A DNA stretch of 64,000 bases from sequence record LC727695.1. One strand, 5' to 3'. This document shows positions 53,898 through 64,000 of this stretch, piece by piece. Every line of letters begins with the position of its first letter. Positions within the stretch are counted from its first letter, which is position 1. Made by a program: the position numbers and the translations under genes. The notes under the pieces are model-generated. The model searched no databases. It was not told where the DNA came from and saw nothing but the letters and a program-made list of their open reading frames with translations.

Positions 53898-53922
53898 ATG
53901 ATATAGATCTCAATTAATTTTT
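53898..53922 (-). promoter_or_regulatory. Early promoter motif
   Basis: Minus strand AAAAATTAATTGAGATCTATATCAT. Confidence 0.65.
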
Positions 53923-53937
53923 AATCGGATAATAACC

Positions 53938-55029
53938 ATGTATAATTTATTTAAGAATGCTCCGTCACGTAAATTGGGGCAGGTGGTTGATCCTAACATC
54001 CATTATATCCGACGAATCTACGCTGAGCAAATTAGGGACGTTAAAAGTTATTATAGACGGGCACCGAAGTATGTTGAATCTAAAAATATATTAGCACAAA
54101 TGATTCGACATTTTAACGTAGAGTTACTAAGTGATGATGCTACTTTTATAAAGAACGTGGACGATCGTTCACGTGCTATTATTCGTTCATTTGGTATTAC
54201 ATCATCTTTAAATAAAGGTAAGGTTCATGTAGGTGGTGTTACACTTGGCCCTCAGACTGAAGAAGTTTTAGTATCCACATCAGAGAGCTTTGATCTAAAA
54301 GATCTAAATAAAACATGGTATAAACTTTCCCCTGTTACGTATCTGTATCATACACGTACTGATACTAATTTACCTATCATGAACAATACCACGCAGGGTA
54401 GAGGCTATGGTGTAACTCTAGTAAATATACCAATGCTTCTTGTGATGTACCGTTACTGGTATCGATGGCAAGTTGAGAAGAATCCTGATGAAGTTGAAGA
54501 TACATATAGGTTTATAGGATCATTTGTATTGCCAAATATGGTTGACTCTTATTTAGATATTTCTTTCTTTAACAGGTTAGCAAGGAATGCTTTAGATATT
54601 AAAAATCCAACATTCCCTATACCGCATCCATTTTACATCACTGATATGAATCCACGTATTGATAAACTATGTACAACTATCAATAGAGAATCCATATTAA
54701 AGGGTGTAGACATGGAAGGTTTATCATGGATAACACCAGCTATCGTACAATCTAATTTGTTCGATATGATGCGACTCCCACGAGAACCTATTAATAGGAA
54801 TAATGAATGGGCTTATGTATTGGCTCGCACACCCTTCATTAAGTATCTTGTAGGACAGCTTTTAAAGAACACTGGTTATGATCAATCTTCTGTTAACGCT
54901 GTATTAATTGATCTTATAGAAGCATCTAATGATCAAGCATTTAAGCAACAAGCAAATAGCGAGTTTGTAAAAGCTCAACAGGCACAAGTTGATTGGATGA
55001 TAGATGCACTTAAAAGAAAAGAAATGTGA
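53938..55029 (+). CDS. Virion structural protein (gp52-like)
   Basis: 363 aa; opposite strand to the early cluster; synteny. Confidence 0.65.
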   Translation: MYNLFKNAPSRKLGQVVDPNIHYIRRIYAEQIRDVKSYYRRAPKYVESKNILAQMIRHFNVELLSDDATFIKNVDDRSRAIIRSFGITSSLNKGKVHVGGVTLGPQTEEVLVSTSESFDLKDLNKTWYKLSPVTYLYHTRTDTNLPIMNNTTQGRGYGVTLVNIPMLLVMYRYWYRWQVEKNPDEVEDTYRFIGSFVLPNMVDSYLDISFFNRLARNALDIKNPTFPIPHPFYITDMNPRIDKLCTTINRESILKGVDMEGLSWITPAIVQSNLFDMMRLPREPINRNNEWAYVLARTPFIKYLVGQLLKNTGYDQSSVNAVLIDLIEASNDQAFKQQANSEFVKAQQAQVDWMIDALKRKEM

Positions 55030-55066
55030 CATAAACCCCCTCCTAAATTGGAGGGGGTTATATGCC
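55030..55066. terminator. Bidirectional terminator
   Basis: AACCCCCTCC-TAAATT-GGAGGGGGTT with CATA/TATG flanks. Confidence 0.8.
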
Positions 55067-55072
55067 GTTTTA

Positions 55073-55798
55073 TTAGAAATTACCTTTCTTCATTTTAGAA
55101 AGTAATTTTCTACGTTCAGCTCGGTTAATTCCTGGGATAGCTGGCAATAGCATTTTATTACTAAACTTACCTGGTCGACGGTCATGATTTAGTAATTGAT
55201 CAACTACAGCTTGGTCACTGCTTTTAACTCCATTATCCATTTCATCTAATGGATCCATAATAGTTTTAGCAGTTAGCCTTAGATGCGTAACCAGTTCATC
55301 GAATGAACTATCAGTATTAATAAGTTGTTTATCAACACCTTCTTTAAGAGCTTGTTTAATAGTTACGTCTTTTACTAGAATATTATCACATTCCCAAAGA
55401 GTTGTATGATGGGTATTTAGCATTAATTCAAGTGAGACATTATTGTAATCATTGTCAGCACTTGAGTGCCAATTGAATTCATCGATATAGTCATTTAGAC
55501 TATTTAACTTTGGTGGTTCGTTATTATAGGTAATTAAACCAATTGGTTGAACATCATCTAGTGAACTTTTATCACTAGTAATTGCAGTTGTTTCAGTAGT
55601 AACATCAGCTTCTTTTAATTCATTAGAATAAGTTACATATACCAATTCCTCAGTACCATCATCCAAAAGAACATAGGCTGTTGCTTTGGTGGAATCATCA
55701 GGGGCTAATCCATGGATCCTAATACGATTATCATTTACTAATTTACTATAATCATTCCAAGTGATTACACGAACTTCATTAGTCTTTTCCATTATCAT
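55073..55798 (-). CDS. Hypothetical protein
   Basis: 241 aa, AGAGG RBS. Confidence 0.65.
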   Translation of the reverse strand: MIMEKTNEVRVITWNDYSKLVNDNRIRIHGLAPDDSTKATAYVLLDDGTEELVYVTYSNELKEADVTTETTAITSDKSSLDDVQPIGLITYNNEPPKLNSLNDYIDEFNWHSSADNDYNNVSLELMLNTHHTTLWECDNILVKDVTIKQALKEGVDKQLINTDSSFDELVTHLRLTAKTIMDPLDEMDNGVKSSDQAVVDQLLNHDRRPGKFSNKMLLPAIPGINRAERRKLLSKMKKGNF

Positions 55799-55988
55799 CT
55801 ACCTCTTTTAATTTATCTTTAATATATTTTCGGATAAAAGCTCGTTTCTCTTCACGAGTTAATCCCGATGGTACTGTTGGTAATGTGATAGTGCCGCTAT
55901 TAATTGCCTTCTTCATCCGATCTAAGTCAAAATTAAATTCGGTATGATTTGTCATTATATTGAACCATATTAAGTTAGTAATTGGCAA
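55779..55988 (-). CDS. Small hypothetical protein
   Basis: Likely start MTNHTEF; FNFDLDRMKKA motif common in small phage proteins. Confidence 0.55.
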   Translation of the reverse strand: MPITNLIWFNIMTNHTEFNFDLDRMKKAINSGTITLPTVPSGLTREEKRAFIRKYIKDKLKEVDDNGKD

Positions 55989-55991
55989 TCA

Positions 55992-56017
55992 GACTATATA
56001 AATCTTAATTATTTTTT
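55992..56017 (-). promoter_or_regulatory. Early promoter variant
   Basis: Minus strand AAAAAATAATTAAGATTTATATAGTC. Confidence 0.5.
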
Positions 56018-56020
56018 AGT

Positions 56021-56050
56021 ATATAAGCCTCCCACTAGGGGAGGCTATAT
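56021..56050 (-). terminator. Terminator after DNA polymerase gene
   Basis: AGCCTCCC...GGGAGGCT. Confidence 0.75.
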
Positions 56051-56053
56051 TTC

Positions 56054-58249
56054 TTAATAGAAGTCGGAGATGAGTCGATCGTTATTTTTATCAATAAGGA
56101 AAATACCTAGGGACTCTAAGGTTAGATAGAATACACCCATAGTATTTCCAATGATAGTTCTAACGTCAGCAACACGCGTAATAACTTCTGGAATACGACC
56201 AGTTTCTACTACTGTACTCGGGATATGGAAATCACCAATACTGGTTTTATTTTCTTCAGTAACCCATGCTTGAATACGAGCAGCTAATTTCTTATCTTCG
56301 ATACCATCAATCCATTCTTTGATCGCAGTTTTATTATTAAGAGTAACTGAGATCTTTACATGTGAATAAGGTGGATCACCAGCGTCACCAAATGATGGAG
56401 CAAATACAGTCTTCCACACTAATCCCTTTTTATGGGTTGAGTTATCTTCAGATTTATAAGACTCAGGTCGTTTAGTTTGACCACTTGTCAGATACTCAGC
56501 TTTACCACTTCTAACAGACTCAATAATTTCTCTTTCGATATCACCAACTTCTTTTAGAATTGAAGCCAAGTCGATTTTCTCTTCAGTCTTTACAGTTTTA
56601 ATGATATCTTCCATGAGTGTTTTAGCACGACTATTAATCTTCTTAGGTACTTTACTATCCCTTAGTCCTACACCCTTGATCTCCATTCGTGACTCATTAA
56701 ACATTACCCCTTCTTGGGCATCCTGTGATGCAAAGTAATGTTTAGAACGAGTAGTTAAGGCCAGTACTGCGAAATAATATTCGTTCTTCATTGCAAATAG
56801 ACGAAGCTTATCTTTAGATACACCCATATTAGCGGATTGAATCGCCAAGATATGCATAACTACTTCAGACACTAGAAACACTAGTGCGAATACTAGTCGC
56901 TTAGCTTCATTGCTAAAAGTTACTTTACCAAAGAATTCCTCAACCCACCATTGTAATGTAAACATAGTGGAGTCAGTATCTGAAATAACAGCAGCTCGTC
57001 TATACACAGTTGGAAAAGCATGAATGCTTGATGGTACACATTTAGTCAAGAAGAAAGCTTCAATCAATAGACGATATTCATTAAGAGTTTCAGCGATATT
57101 TCGACCAGTGGCATAAACTTGGTTTAATGTATCTGGATCTGACTCTTTTAGTTTAGCTTTAGATCGACCTTTAACAGTATCAAAGCAAATAAAGCTAGCC
57201 AATAGATCCATATCACCATCATAAGTTGAATATTCTTCTTCAGTGATGATTTGTTCTTTTGTTCCAACCTGGCTTAATTTAATTAGAAAGCTCTTGATTA
57301 ATTCTTTATTGTATTTATATAAGTGATATAGATCACCTACGTACATAACTGCTGCTCGTTCGACTGGTGTCATCCCAGTAGCTAGTTTTAAAATCTGCGC
57401 CGTGTAGTACTTATTTTGCCAATAGTGTTTAGTTGAATAAAGAACCATATCAACTACTTCTTCTGGCGTTGGGCAATGTAGATTAAAATTAGTTACTGCT
57501 TTTTGAATTAACTCCATATCAGCTACATTAATAGTGTTTACTAAATTAGCTTTTGTGATTTCTGGAGTATAATAATGCCTATTACCCATAATGAATTTTT
57601 CATTATTTGAGTTAGCATAAGAGGTACCAGTTCTACAGGTAGATGTTAAACTAGAGTGTGTGGACTTATAATAAAGAATAGTGGCAGCAGATACAGTACC
57701 GCCTGAATATGAGTTATTGTTAATTTTGAAGTTTTCTTGCTCGCCTTTACGTACTTGTGCAAGTTCTGTTTTAATTTGTGAATTCTCTTTATCGCCGGCC
57801 TGTAGGAAAGCAGCTGCTTCACGTTCAGCCTGCATCTGTTCACCTTTAACACGCTTACGGTTTTTCACACCTTCGGCAATATAGATGGAGTGCGTAGACT
57901 GTCTAACAGACTCTGGTAAATATGCGGTCATTGATGGAGATAATAATAGATTCTGTTTCTTAACACGGTTAAGAAAAGCCATAAATGAAACCGTCTTTAA
58001 TTCCCTATCACCAAACTTATTTTTATCTAGAATAGTTGCTAATGGATTACGAAGTGCATATTCGCCATTTTGACGTAATTGTTCTTTAACAAATTCTTTA
58101 CATTCTTCTAAACTAATATTTAATTCATCTTTTGTCATTAATTGAAGATATTTGGCATTATCATCAAGACATGCATTAATGATATCAATATCACGATGGT
58201 AATCATTGACATCTTTTAAAAACGGATTTGGTTGGGCAAATGCGGTCAT
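56054..58249 (-). CDS. Split family-B DNA polymerase, catalytic motif B/C subunit (gp50-like)
   Basis: Motif B KINNNSYSG, motif C ISDTDSTMF, KHYF and MEIKGVG. Confidence 0.88.
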   Translation of the reverse strand: MTAFAQPNPFLKDVNDYHRDIDIINACLDDNAKYLQLMTKDELNISLEECKEFVKEQLRQNGEYALRNPLATILDKNKFGDRELKTVSFMAFLNRVKKQNLLLSPSMTAYLPESVRQSTHSIYIAEGVKNRKRVKGEQMQAEREAAAFLQAGDKENSQIKTELAQVRKGEQENFKINNNSYSGGTVSAATILYYKSTHSSLTSTCRTGTSYANSNNEKFIMGNRHYYTPEITKANLVNTINVADMELIQKAVTNFNLHCPTPEEVVDMVLYSTKHYWQNKYYTAQILKLATGMTPVERAAVMYVGDLYHLYKYNKELIKSFLIKLSQVGTKEQIITEEEYSTYDGDMDLLASFICFDTVKGRSKAKLKESDPDTLNQVYATGRNIAETLNEYRLLIEAFFLTKCVPSSIHAFPTVYRRAAVISDTDSTMFTLQWWVEEFFGKVTFSNEAKRLVFALVFLVSEVVMHILAIQSANMGVSKDKLRLFAMKNEYYFAVLALTTRSKHYFASQDAQEGVMFNESRMEIKGVGLRDSKVPKKINSRAKTLMEDIIKTVKTEEKIDLASILKEVGDIEREIIESVRSGKAEYLTSGQTKRPESYKSEDNSTHKKGLVWKTVFAPSFGDAGDPPYSHVKISVTLNNKTAIKEWIDGIEDKKLAARIQAWVTEENKTSIGDFHIPSTVVETGRIPEVITRVADVRTIIGNTMGVFYLTLESLGIFLIDKNNDRLISDFY

Positions 58250-58330
58250 TTCACATATCTCTCAGTATACTTATTTTTAATTATAGTGAATGATTTCTCT
58301 CTCTTTAACTAAAAAAGAAAAGGAAAGAAT

Positions 58331-58351
58331 GGGTACCCTATACGGGCACCC
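58331..58351 (-). terminator. Terminator upstream of polymerase gene
   Basis: GGGTGCCC-GTATA-GGGTACCC on minus followed by long U-rich run. Confidence 0.7.
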
Positions 58352-58417
58352 TAAATTGAGAGGTAGCACATCAACTTACATTCACATTAGATGATGTAAG
58401 CAAGTAAAAATAATACA

Positions 58418-58447
58418 ACATAAAAGGAGCCATAATGGCTCCTTTAT
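58418..58447 (-). terminator. Stem-loop after SH3-like gene
   Basis: AAAGGAGCC-ATAAT-GGCTCCTTT. Confidence 0.7.
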
Positions 58448-58449
58448 AG

Positions 58450-58875
<426 letters not shown>

Positions 58876-58900
58876 CTAAAATAGTTGGTTACATAGGGTA

Positions 58901-59284
58901 TTACTCATCTAGTAATACAACTACACCAAACAGACCTTTTGTATCCATTGGCACTGTAATTAATACATGTCCATTTGGATATTTTTCTTTAAAGCTATTG
59001 ATAAAGTCGGTACAATATTCAATAACATATCCTTTAGTAGAATAATTCTCTAACTCAATATCTTCGTCAGGATCATCAAATGAGTCATGTCCATACATCA
59101 GCATATGGATATATATGTCATTATTAAGCGTATCCATATAACTTAACTTACGTGATTCTTCAAATAAATCAAGTGGTGTTGGACAATCTGGATATATCAT
59201 TCGTTTTGTATATTCACGAAGCAAATGTTGCGAATATATTTCTGACTCTTTAGATTTAAATACGATAAATACTCGTTTTTCCAT
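58901..59284 (-). CDS. Early hypothetical protein
   Basis: 127 aa ORF. Confidence 0.6.
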   Translation of the reverse strand: MEKRVFIVFKSKESEIYSQHLLREYTKRMIYPDCPTPLDLFEESRKLSYMDTLNNDIYIHMLMYGHDSFDDPDEDIELENYSTKGYVIEYCTDFINSFKEKYPNGHVLITVPMDTKGLFGVVVLLDE

Positions 59285-59356
59285 ATCGGTTCCTAGTAGG
59301 AAGCCTATGTGAACCGATAGGCTTTCCTATTTACGTCAATTGTTAATATGTGTCAC

Positions 59357-59893
59357 TTAATCCACATCATTGTAGCAGTCCATACCAAAGTCTTCACCTT
59401 CTAGAATATAACCTTGATTATGTTGATCAACTGCTATTGATTGGATTCTTTCTACACCATATCCATTCTGATAAAGATACGCTATTTCAGATTGTAGTTT
59501 ACTAGCCAGTGTTTTACACACAGCTGCAAACCACATATTAAGAATACTCAATGCATATTTATCTTGCATAATCACAGGCGCTACTGATGGAAAGTATTCT
59601 TGTAAATAATAGTCAACCCCTATAATTGGTTGAGTAGGCTGTTGTGCTAGAAATTCAATATATGCATTAATCGCCTGATACCATAACTGTTCTATAGATT
59701 GGTGTTCAGTATATGGGTAAGGAGTATTGTAAGACTTATTGACAACTACATCAGCCATTTTATTAACAATGGGCCAGATATCACTGATGTTAATAACTAC
59801 GAAACTCGTCATTCCTTGTTGGCCTGGAGTTATGTTATTAGCATCATTTATCCGCTGCATTTCTTGTTGTCTATAAAGAAGTGGATGCATCAT
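59357..59893 (-). CDS. Early hypothetical protein
   Basis: 178 aa, coupled to upstream gene. Confidence 0.65.
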   Translation of the reverse strand: MMHPLLYRQQEMQRINDANNITPGQQGMTSFVVINISDIWPIVNKMADVVVNKSYNTPYPYTEHQSIEQLWYQAINAYIEFLAQQPTQPIIGVDYYLQEYFPSVAPVIMQDKYALSILNMWFAAVCKTLASKLQSEIAYLYQNGYGVERIQSIAVDQHNQGYILEGEDFGMDCYNDVD

Positions 59894-60324
59894 GTTTGAG
59901 ACCTCATAACTAATTTAGTTACCATCTTATATTTATCTACTTCTATACATTTAAGACTAGTAATAAGATTACCTGCTTGAATAACTTGTTTTTGGATTAT
60001 CTCTAAGAAATCAGTTCCAAATAAATCCAATACCCTTTCGATAATCTCAGCAGATCTTAAGTGCCAATTGATAGTATTAGGATTTCCCTGATGATCAAAT
60101 ACCATCATGCTCATCGGTCTATCTGGTTCTATATAGGTATCGCTTAAGTAATCTTCTAACCATTGCTCTAAAAAGGTAGGCCAATCTAATCTCTGCCAGT
60201 GGTTAAAGTATTCTACATATGCTGCTAGAAGTCTATTGATACACCACAGTACAAAGTCAGTCGGTTCATCTACACCTAGCTCTTCCGTAAAAGAACGCGG
60301 TTTCAAAATTAGCAACAATTGCAT
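59890..60324 (-). CDS. Early hypothetical protein
   Basis: 144 aa, GGAG RBS. Confidence 0.65.
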   Translation of the reverse strand: MQLLLILKPRSFTEELGVDEPTDFVLWCINRLLAAYVEYFNHWQRLDWPTFLEQWLEDYLSDTYIEPDRPMSMMVFDHQGNPNTINWHLRSAEIIERVLDLFGTDFLEIIQKQVIQAGNLITSLKCIEVDKYKMVTKLVMRSQT

Positions 60325-60781
60325 ATTGACTCCACTCTTTACCAGTGACTATAGTTAATAGAACAACTTTGTTATCTATTACACTAATGAACTTATAGTC
60401 TATTAAATTCTTCGGTGTTCTATGTAGTAATTGGATTCCAGTTGTATAGAACAAATTAATGAACTCATCCCAATCTGGACCATTTCCTAGTTGTATTGAT
60501 ATATCCACAAAAGGAATAACCGTATTATCCTGTTGTAATTTAGACATCATCTTAACAACCCATTGAGTTAATAAGACGATGACTGTAGCTTCATCTTTAT
60601 TTGTTAGGTAAGTAAATTTCTTTATCAATGTGATTAATTGTGGGAATACCACTTCGATTGGCAATACATATACCAGACGTTGTACTTCCTCCGATGTACA
60701 ATCCATCTCGTGCTTCTGTTTCATACCACAGTTCCTTAGTATTTGTTGGAATGAGGTGCATGATCTGCTCAGCACCCTCAT
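60266..60781 (-). CDS. Early hypothetical protein
   Basis: ORF; start uncertain (ATG 60706 likelier than 60781). Confidence 0.55.
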   Translation of the reverse strand: MRVLSRSCTSFQQILRNCGMKQKHEMDCTSEEVQRLVYVLPIEVVFPQLITLIKKFTYLTNKDEATVIVLLTQWVVKMMSKLQQDNTVIPFVDISIQLGNGPDWDEFINLFYTTGIQLLHRTPKNLIDYKFISVIDNKVVLLTIVTGKEWSQYAIVANFETAFFYGRARCR

Positions 60782-61049
60782 CGAGAAGTTCTATTAGTTT
60801 ATGCATGAAATGAATGTCTTTAGCATATTCATAGAACATTTCTTCTTTAACGACCATTTGCATAAGCTTCTGTTCTGCCAATGCAACAAGCAAATGCATT
60901 GCTTCGATATAACTAATATCTAAAAAGTCCAATACAAATCTTAGATAGTTATCATCTTTAATAAGTTTACTTTTAGTCGCTCTTAGTAAAAAACGAGGTT
61001 GTGGTGTGGGTAATGGTGACGTATAGATCTTCTGGTTTCTCAGTATCAT
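60597..61049 (-). CDS. Early hypothetical protein
   Basis: 150 aa; 3' end overlaps the next ORF. Confidence 0.55.
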   Translation of the reverse strand: MILRNQKIYTSPLPTPQPRFLLRATKSKLIKDDNYLRFVLDFLDISYIEAMHLLVALAEQKLMQMVVKEEMFYEYAKDIHFMHKLIELLDEGAEQIMHLIPTNTKELWYETEARDGLYIGGSTTSGICIANRSGIPTINHIDKEIYLPNK

Positions 61050-61362
61050 AAATAACCCTATTTAACTGGATGTTACCAGCTGATGGTAGAACTACCCGGT
61101 TAGAACAATTATACAGATAAGTTGTTAAATTAATATCACAAATATCCCTATAACCCAGCATCTGATTAATTAGTTCTATGACATCATTAGATGTGCTACC
61201 CGATGCCCTCTCAGACGCTGCTGCCAATACAATTGTTAATGCATATTCTGCACCAATACTATTTTTTATAGATTTCCAAATATCAGAATGTTGATCTTGT
61301 ACAAAAGATCTTACTTCCATTCTGATACACATTGATGTGTCTTTATCATTAGATATGTTCAT
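60973..61362 (-). CDS. Early hypothetical protein
   Basis: 129 aa ORF. Confidence 0.55.
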   Translation of the reverse strand: MNISNDKDTSMCIRMEVRSFVQDQHSDIWKSIKNSIGAEYALTIVLAAASERASGSTSNDVIELINQMLGYRDICDINLTTYLYNCSNRVVLPSAGNIQLNRVIYDTEKPEDLYVTITHTTTSFFTKSD

Positions 61363-61383
61363 TATAAAAACCTTATAATCGGT

Positions 61384-61411
61384 ATAAAGCCCCCCATAAG
61401 GAGGGCTTTAT
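61384..61411 (-). terminator. Stem-loop terminator
   Basis: TAAAGCCC...GGGCTTTA. Confidence 0.65.
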
Positions 61412-62485
61412 TTAGTATAGATTATTTTCTAAAATGTATCGCTCAGCTTGCGCTCGCTGATCATCAGGTAAATAATCACCACGTTGATATTCAAATACTA
61501 ATTTCTCAATAGGATAAGTTGCATTCTTATTCTTGTATACAGAAATTACATAGCTATGATACTCTAGTTCATACTTAACGTCATGCTCAATTCTGGTTGA
61601 AAAATATGCCATGTTAATAGAACTAACTAGAGGGCTAATATATTTCTCTTCAAATAGTAATAAATTATCAAGTCCTAAACTTGCAAAGAAATCATGGTTA
61701 ACCTTAGGTATTAGATAAGATACTTTAATATTACTATATTGTTTAACAATTACACCAATAAGTAATGCAGTTAACTGTTCTTGAATATATTCTACTGCGA
61801 TGTTATATGCATGGTTAGTGGTGATGTGGTCTTTATTTAAAGTATAGCTACCACCATTAGCAAGAGATAGCTGAGTTTTACGCCTAGATTCGTAGATACT
61901 ATAACCTAGTGTTTGTAAATTAATTCTGTCAAAGCCATGGAAGAATGTACGGAGAAATTCACTAAATAAATAGTTTAATGGGTTCAGTAGGTTAAGTGAT
62001 ACCACTGCATGATCATCACCATTATCAATCCCATGGACACGATCATATTCCGCGATACGATAATCTTTGCCACTGATTAAAGTTATAACTGAACCAGCTT
62101 TAACTACATCCCATTGGATCCATGTACCGCTATCGATATATTTAGCTACTTGTTTATAGATATCTAGATAGATAGTTTCTAGATAAGGTAGTTTCATTAG
62201 ATTTTCTACCCAAGCAACTTTATTACTATCTACGTCAGTTACAGCACAATTAAAAATAGCTGCTGCCATCTTAAGATTGGTGTACTGGTCTTTGGCTGTT
62301 TTATATGAAACTAAACTCTCTACTATATTTTCAACCATTAGATGTAAAAACTGTTGAGCCACATCTTTACTCAATTTCACCCCAATCGCTTCATCAATTG
62401 AAGCTGAAGCTGTAAGCTGACCTAGTAAATCGTATATTGCTTTTTCTTGGTGGCGCGTATCAAGTACAATGAGCTTATTCGACAT
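61412..62485 (-). CDS. Conserved early hypothetical protein
   Basis: 357 aa, GGAG RBS. Confidence 0.7.
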   Translation of the reverse strand: MSNKLIVLDTRHQEKAIYDLLGQLTASASIDEAIGVKLSKDVAQQFLHLMVENIVESLVSYKTAKDQYTNLKMAAAIFNCAVTDVDSNKVAWVENLMKLPYLETIYLDIYKQVAKYIDSGTWIQWDVVKAGSVITLISGKDYRIAEYDRVHGIDNGDDHAVVSLNLLNPLNYLFSEFLRTFFHGFDRINLQTLGYSIYESRRKTQLSLANGGSYTLNKDHITTNHAYNIAVEYIQEQLTALLIGVIVKQYSNIKVSYLIPKVNHDFFASLGLDNLLLFEEKYISPLVSSINMAYFSTRIEHDVKYELEYHSYVISVYKNKNATYPIEKLVFEYQRGDYLPDDQRAQAERYILENNLY

Positions 62486-62498
62486 TATATTTCTCCAA

Positions 62499-62927
62499 TT
62501 AATTTTTTGGAATAGCGATCCAAACTGTGTTCTTTAACCGATAAAATATTACAAACTTACCTGCATTTACTCTAGGTATAATTTTTAATATATCCCAAAG
62601 ATCAGATGCGGCCTCATGATTATCATGAAACCATTGGATTTCTTGAGGGGTGTTATTTATTGGATTATATCCAGTAGTATACATGAATTCAAAAGAGTCA
62701 ATAGAATATTTAAAGAAGTCATCAATTAAGCTGTCCTCTACTGATTTAAATATATGCTCTAATGTACCATAGTCATCTGGATGTATTCCAAAGCTTTGGC
62801 ACCTAATTGCTAAACGAGCATTTATTAGCTCTTTTGGCGATCTTGGTACTAACTTGGCTATCACCCTCGTTACATCTATTACATACAGGTCAGCTACTTG
62901 GGGAGTAGTCACAGTACAATCTCTCAT
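62499..62927 (-). CDS. Early hypothetical protein
   Basis: 142 aa, first gene after an early promoter. Confidence 0.65.
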   Translation of the reverse strand: MRDCTVTTPQVADLYVIDVTRVIAKLVPRSPKELINARLAIRCQSFGIHPDDYGTLEHIFKSVEDSLIDDFFKYSIDSFEFMYTTGYNPINNTPQEIQWFHDNHEAASDLWDILKIIPRVNAGKFVIFYRLKNTVWIAIPKN

Positions 62928-62942
62928 TAAATGTTCAGGAAC

Positions 62943-62967
62943 ATGATATAGATCTAAAAATATTTTT
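62943..62967 (-). promoter_or_regulatory. Early promoter motif
   Basis: Minus strand AAAAATATTTTTAGATCTATATCAT. Confidence 0.65.
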
Positions 62968-63054
62968 AGTCAAATCTGTTCGTGGTAAGCCGATGTATAT
63001 TATACCTTAGTTGGGTATTATCTCCATCGAAAAAACGCGTACAGCGCATTATAG

Positions 63055-63864
<810 letters not shown>

Positions 63865-63881
63865 AAAAAAATAAAAAAAAG

Positions 63882-63917
63882 ACATAATGCCCTCCCATTG
63901 CGGGAGGGCATTATGCC
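63882..63917. terminator. Bidirectional terminator
   Basis: CATAATGCCCTCCC-ATTGC-GGGAGGGCATTATG, 14-bp stem, A-tracts upstream. Confidence 0.85.
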
Positions 63918-64000
63918 ATTAAGATAATATCTAAATAACACTATATTTAAAAACATACTGGTATAACCCATCATCAATTAATACTGTTGAGAATCTTTTT

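Noticed and set aside
60597-60781. Long overlap of two early ORFs as a second programmed frameshift
   Set aside because: No in-phase slippery heptamer found; more simply explained by a later start (60706) and a drifted stop codon

Overview
AT-rich 64 kb segment of a phiKZ-like (Phikzvirus/Chimalliviridae) nucleus-forming jumbo phage, read mostly on the minus strand. Gene order and sizes match my recollection of phiKZ gp42-gp97; gp numbers below come from recall and synteny, not from a database search. Left to right: inner-body/head ejection paralogs, baseplate genes, a HEXXH virion protein, a Kelch-propeller tail protein, one half of a split family-B DNA polymerase, a virion RNAP subunit, a candidate frameshifted tail-chaperone pair, membrane microproteins, an SF2 helicase, the non-virion RNAP subunits (two interrupted by group I introns), PicA/Imp1, ChmC, an SbcD nuclease, chimallin (chmA), the second polymerase half and small early genes. 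Most notable unexplained signals: (1) a T-TTT-TTT slippery site joining the 533-aa ORF to a start-less downstream frame; (2) a ~330-nt structured RNA between chmA and the nvRNAP beta-prime gene; (3) an uncalled NADAR-like ORF starting TAATA instead of TAATG; (4) an intron stem pairing the endonuclease start and stop codons, alongside a sister intron with no endonuclease; (5) a promoter-plus-gene cassette between ~105-bp direct repeats; (6) a prion-like Met/Gln tail on the gene next to picA. No tRNA, rRNA or CRISPR array was seen.
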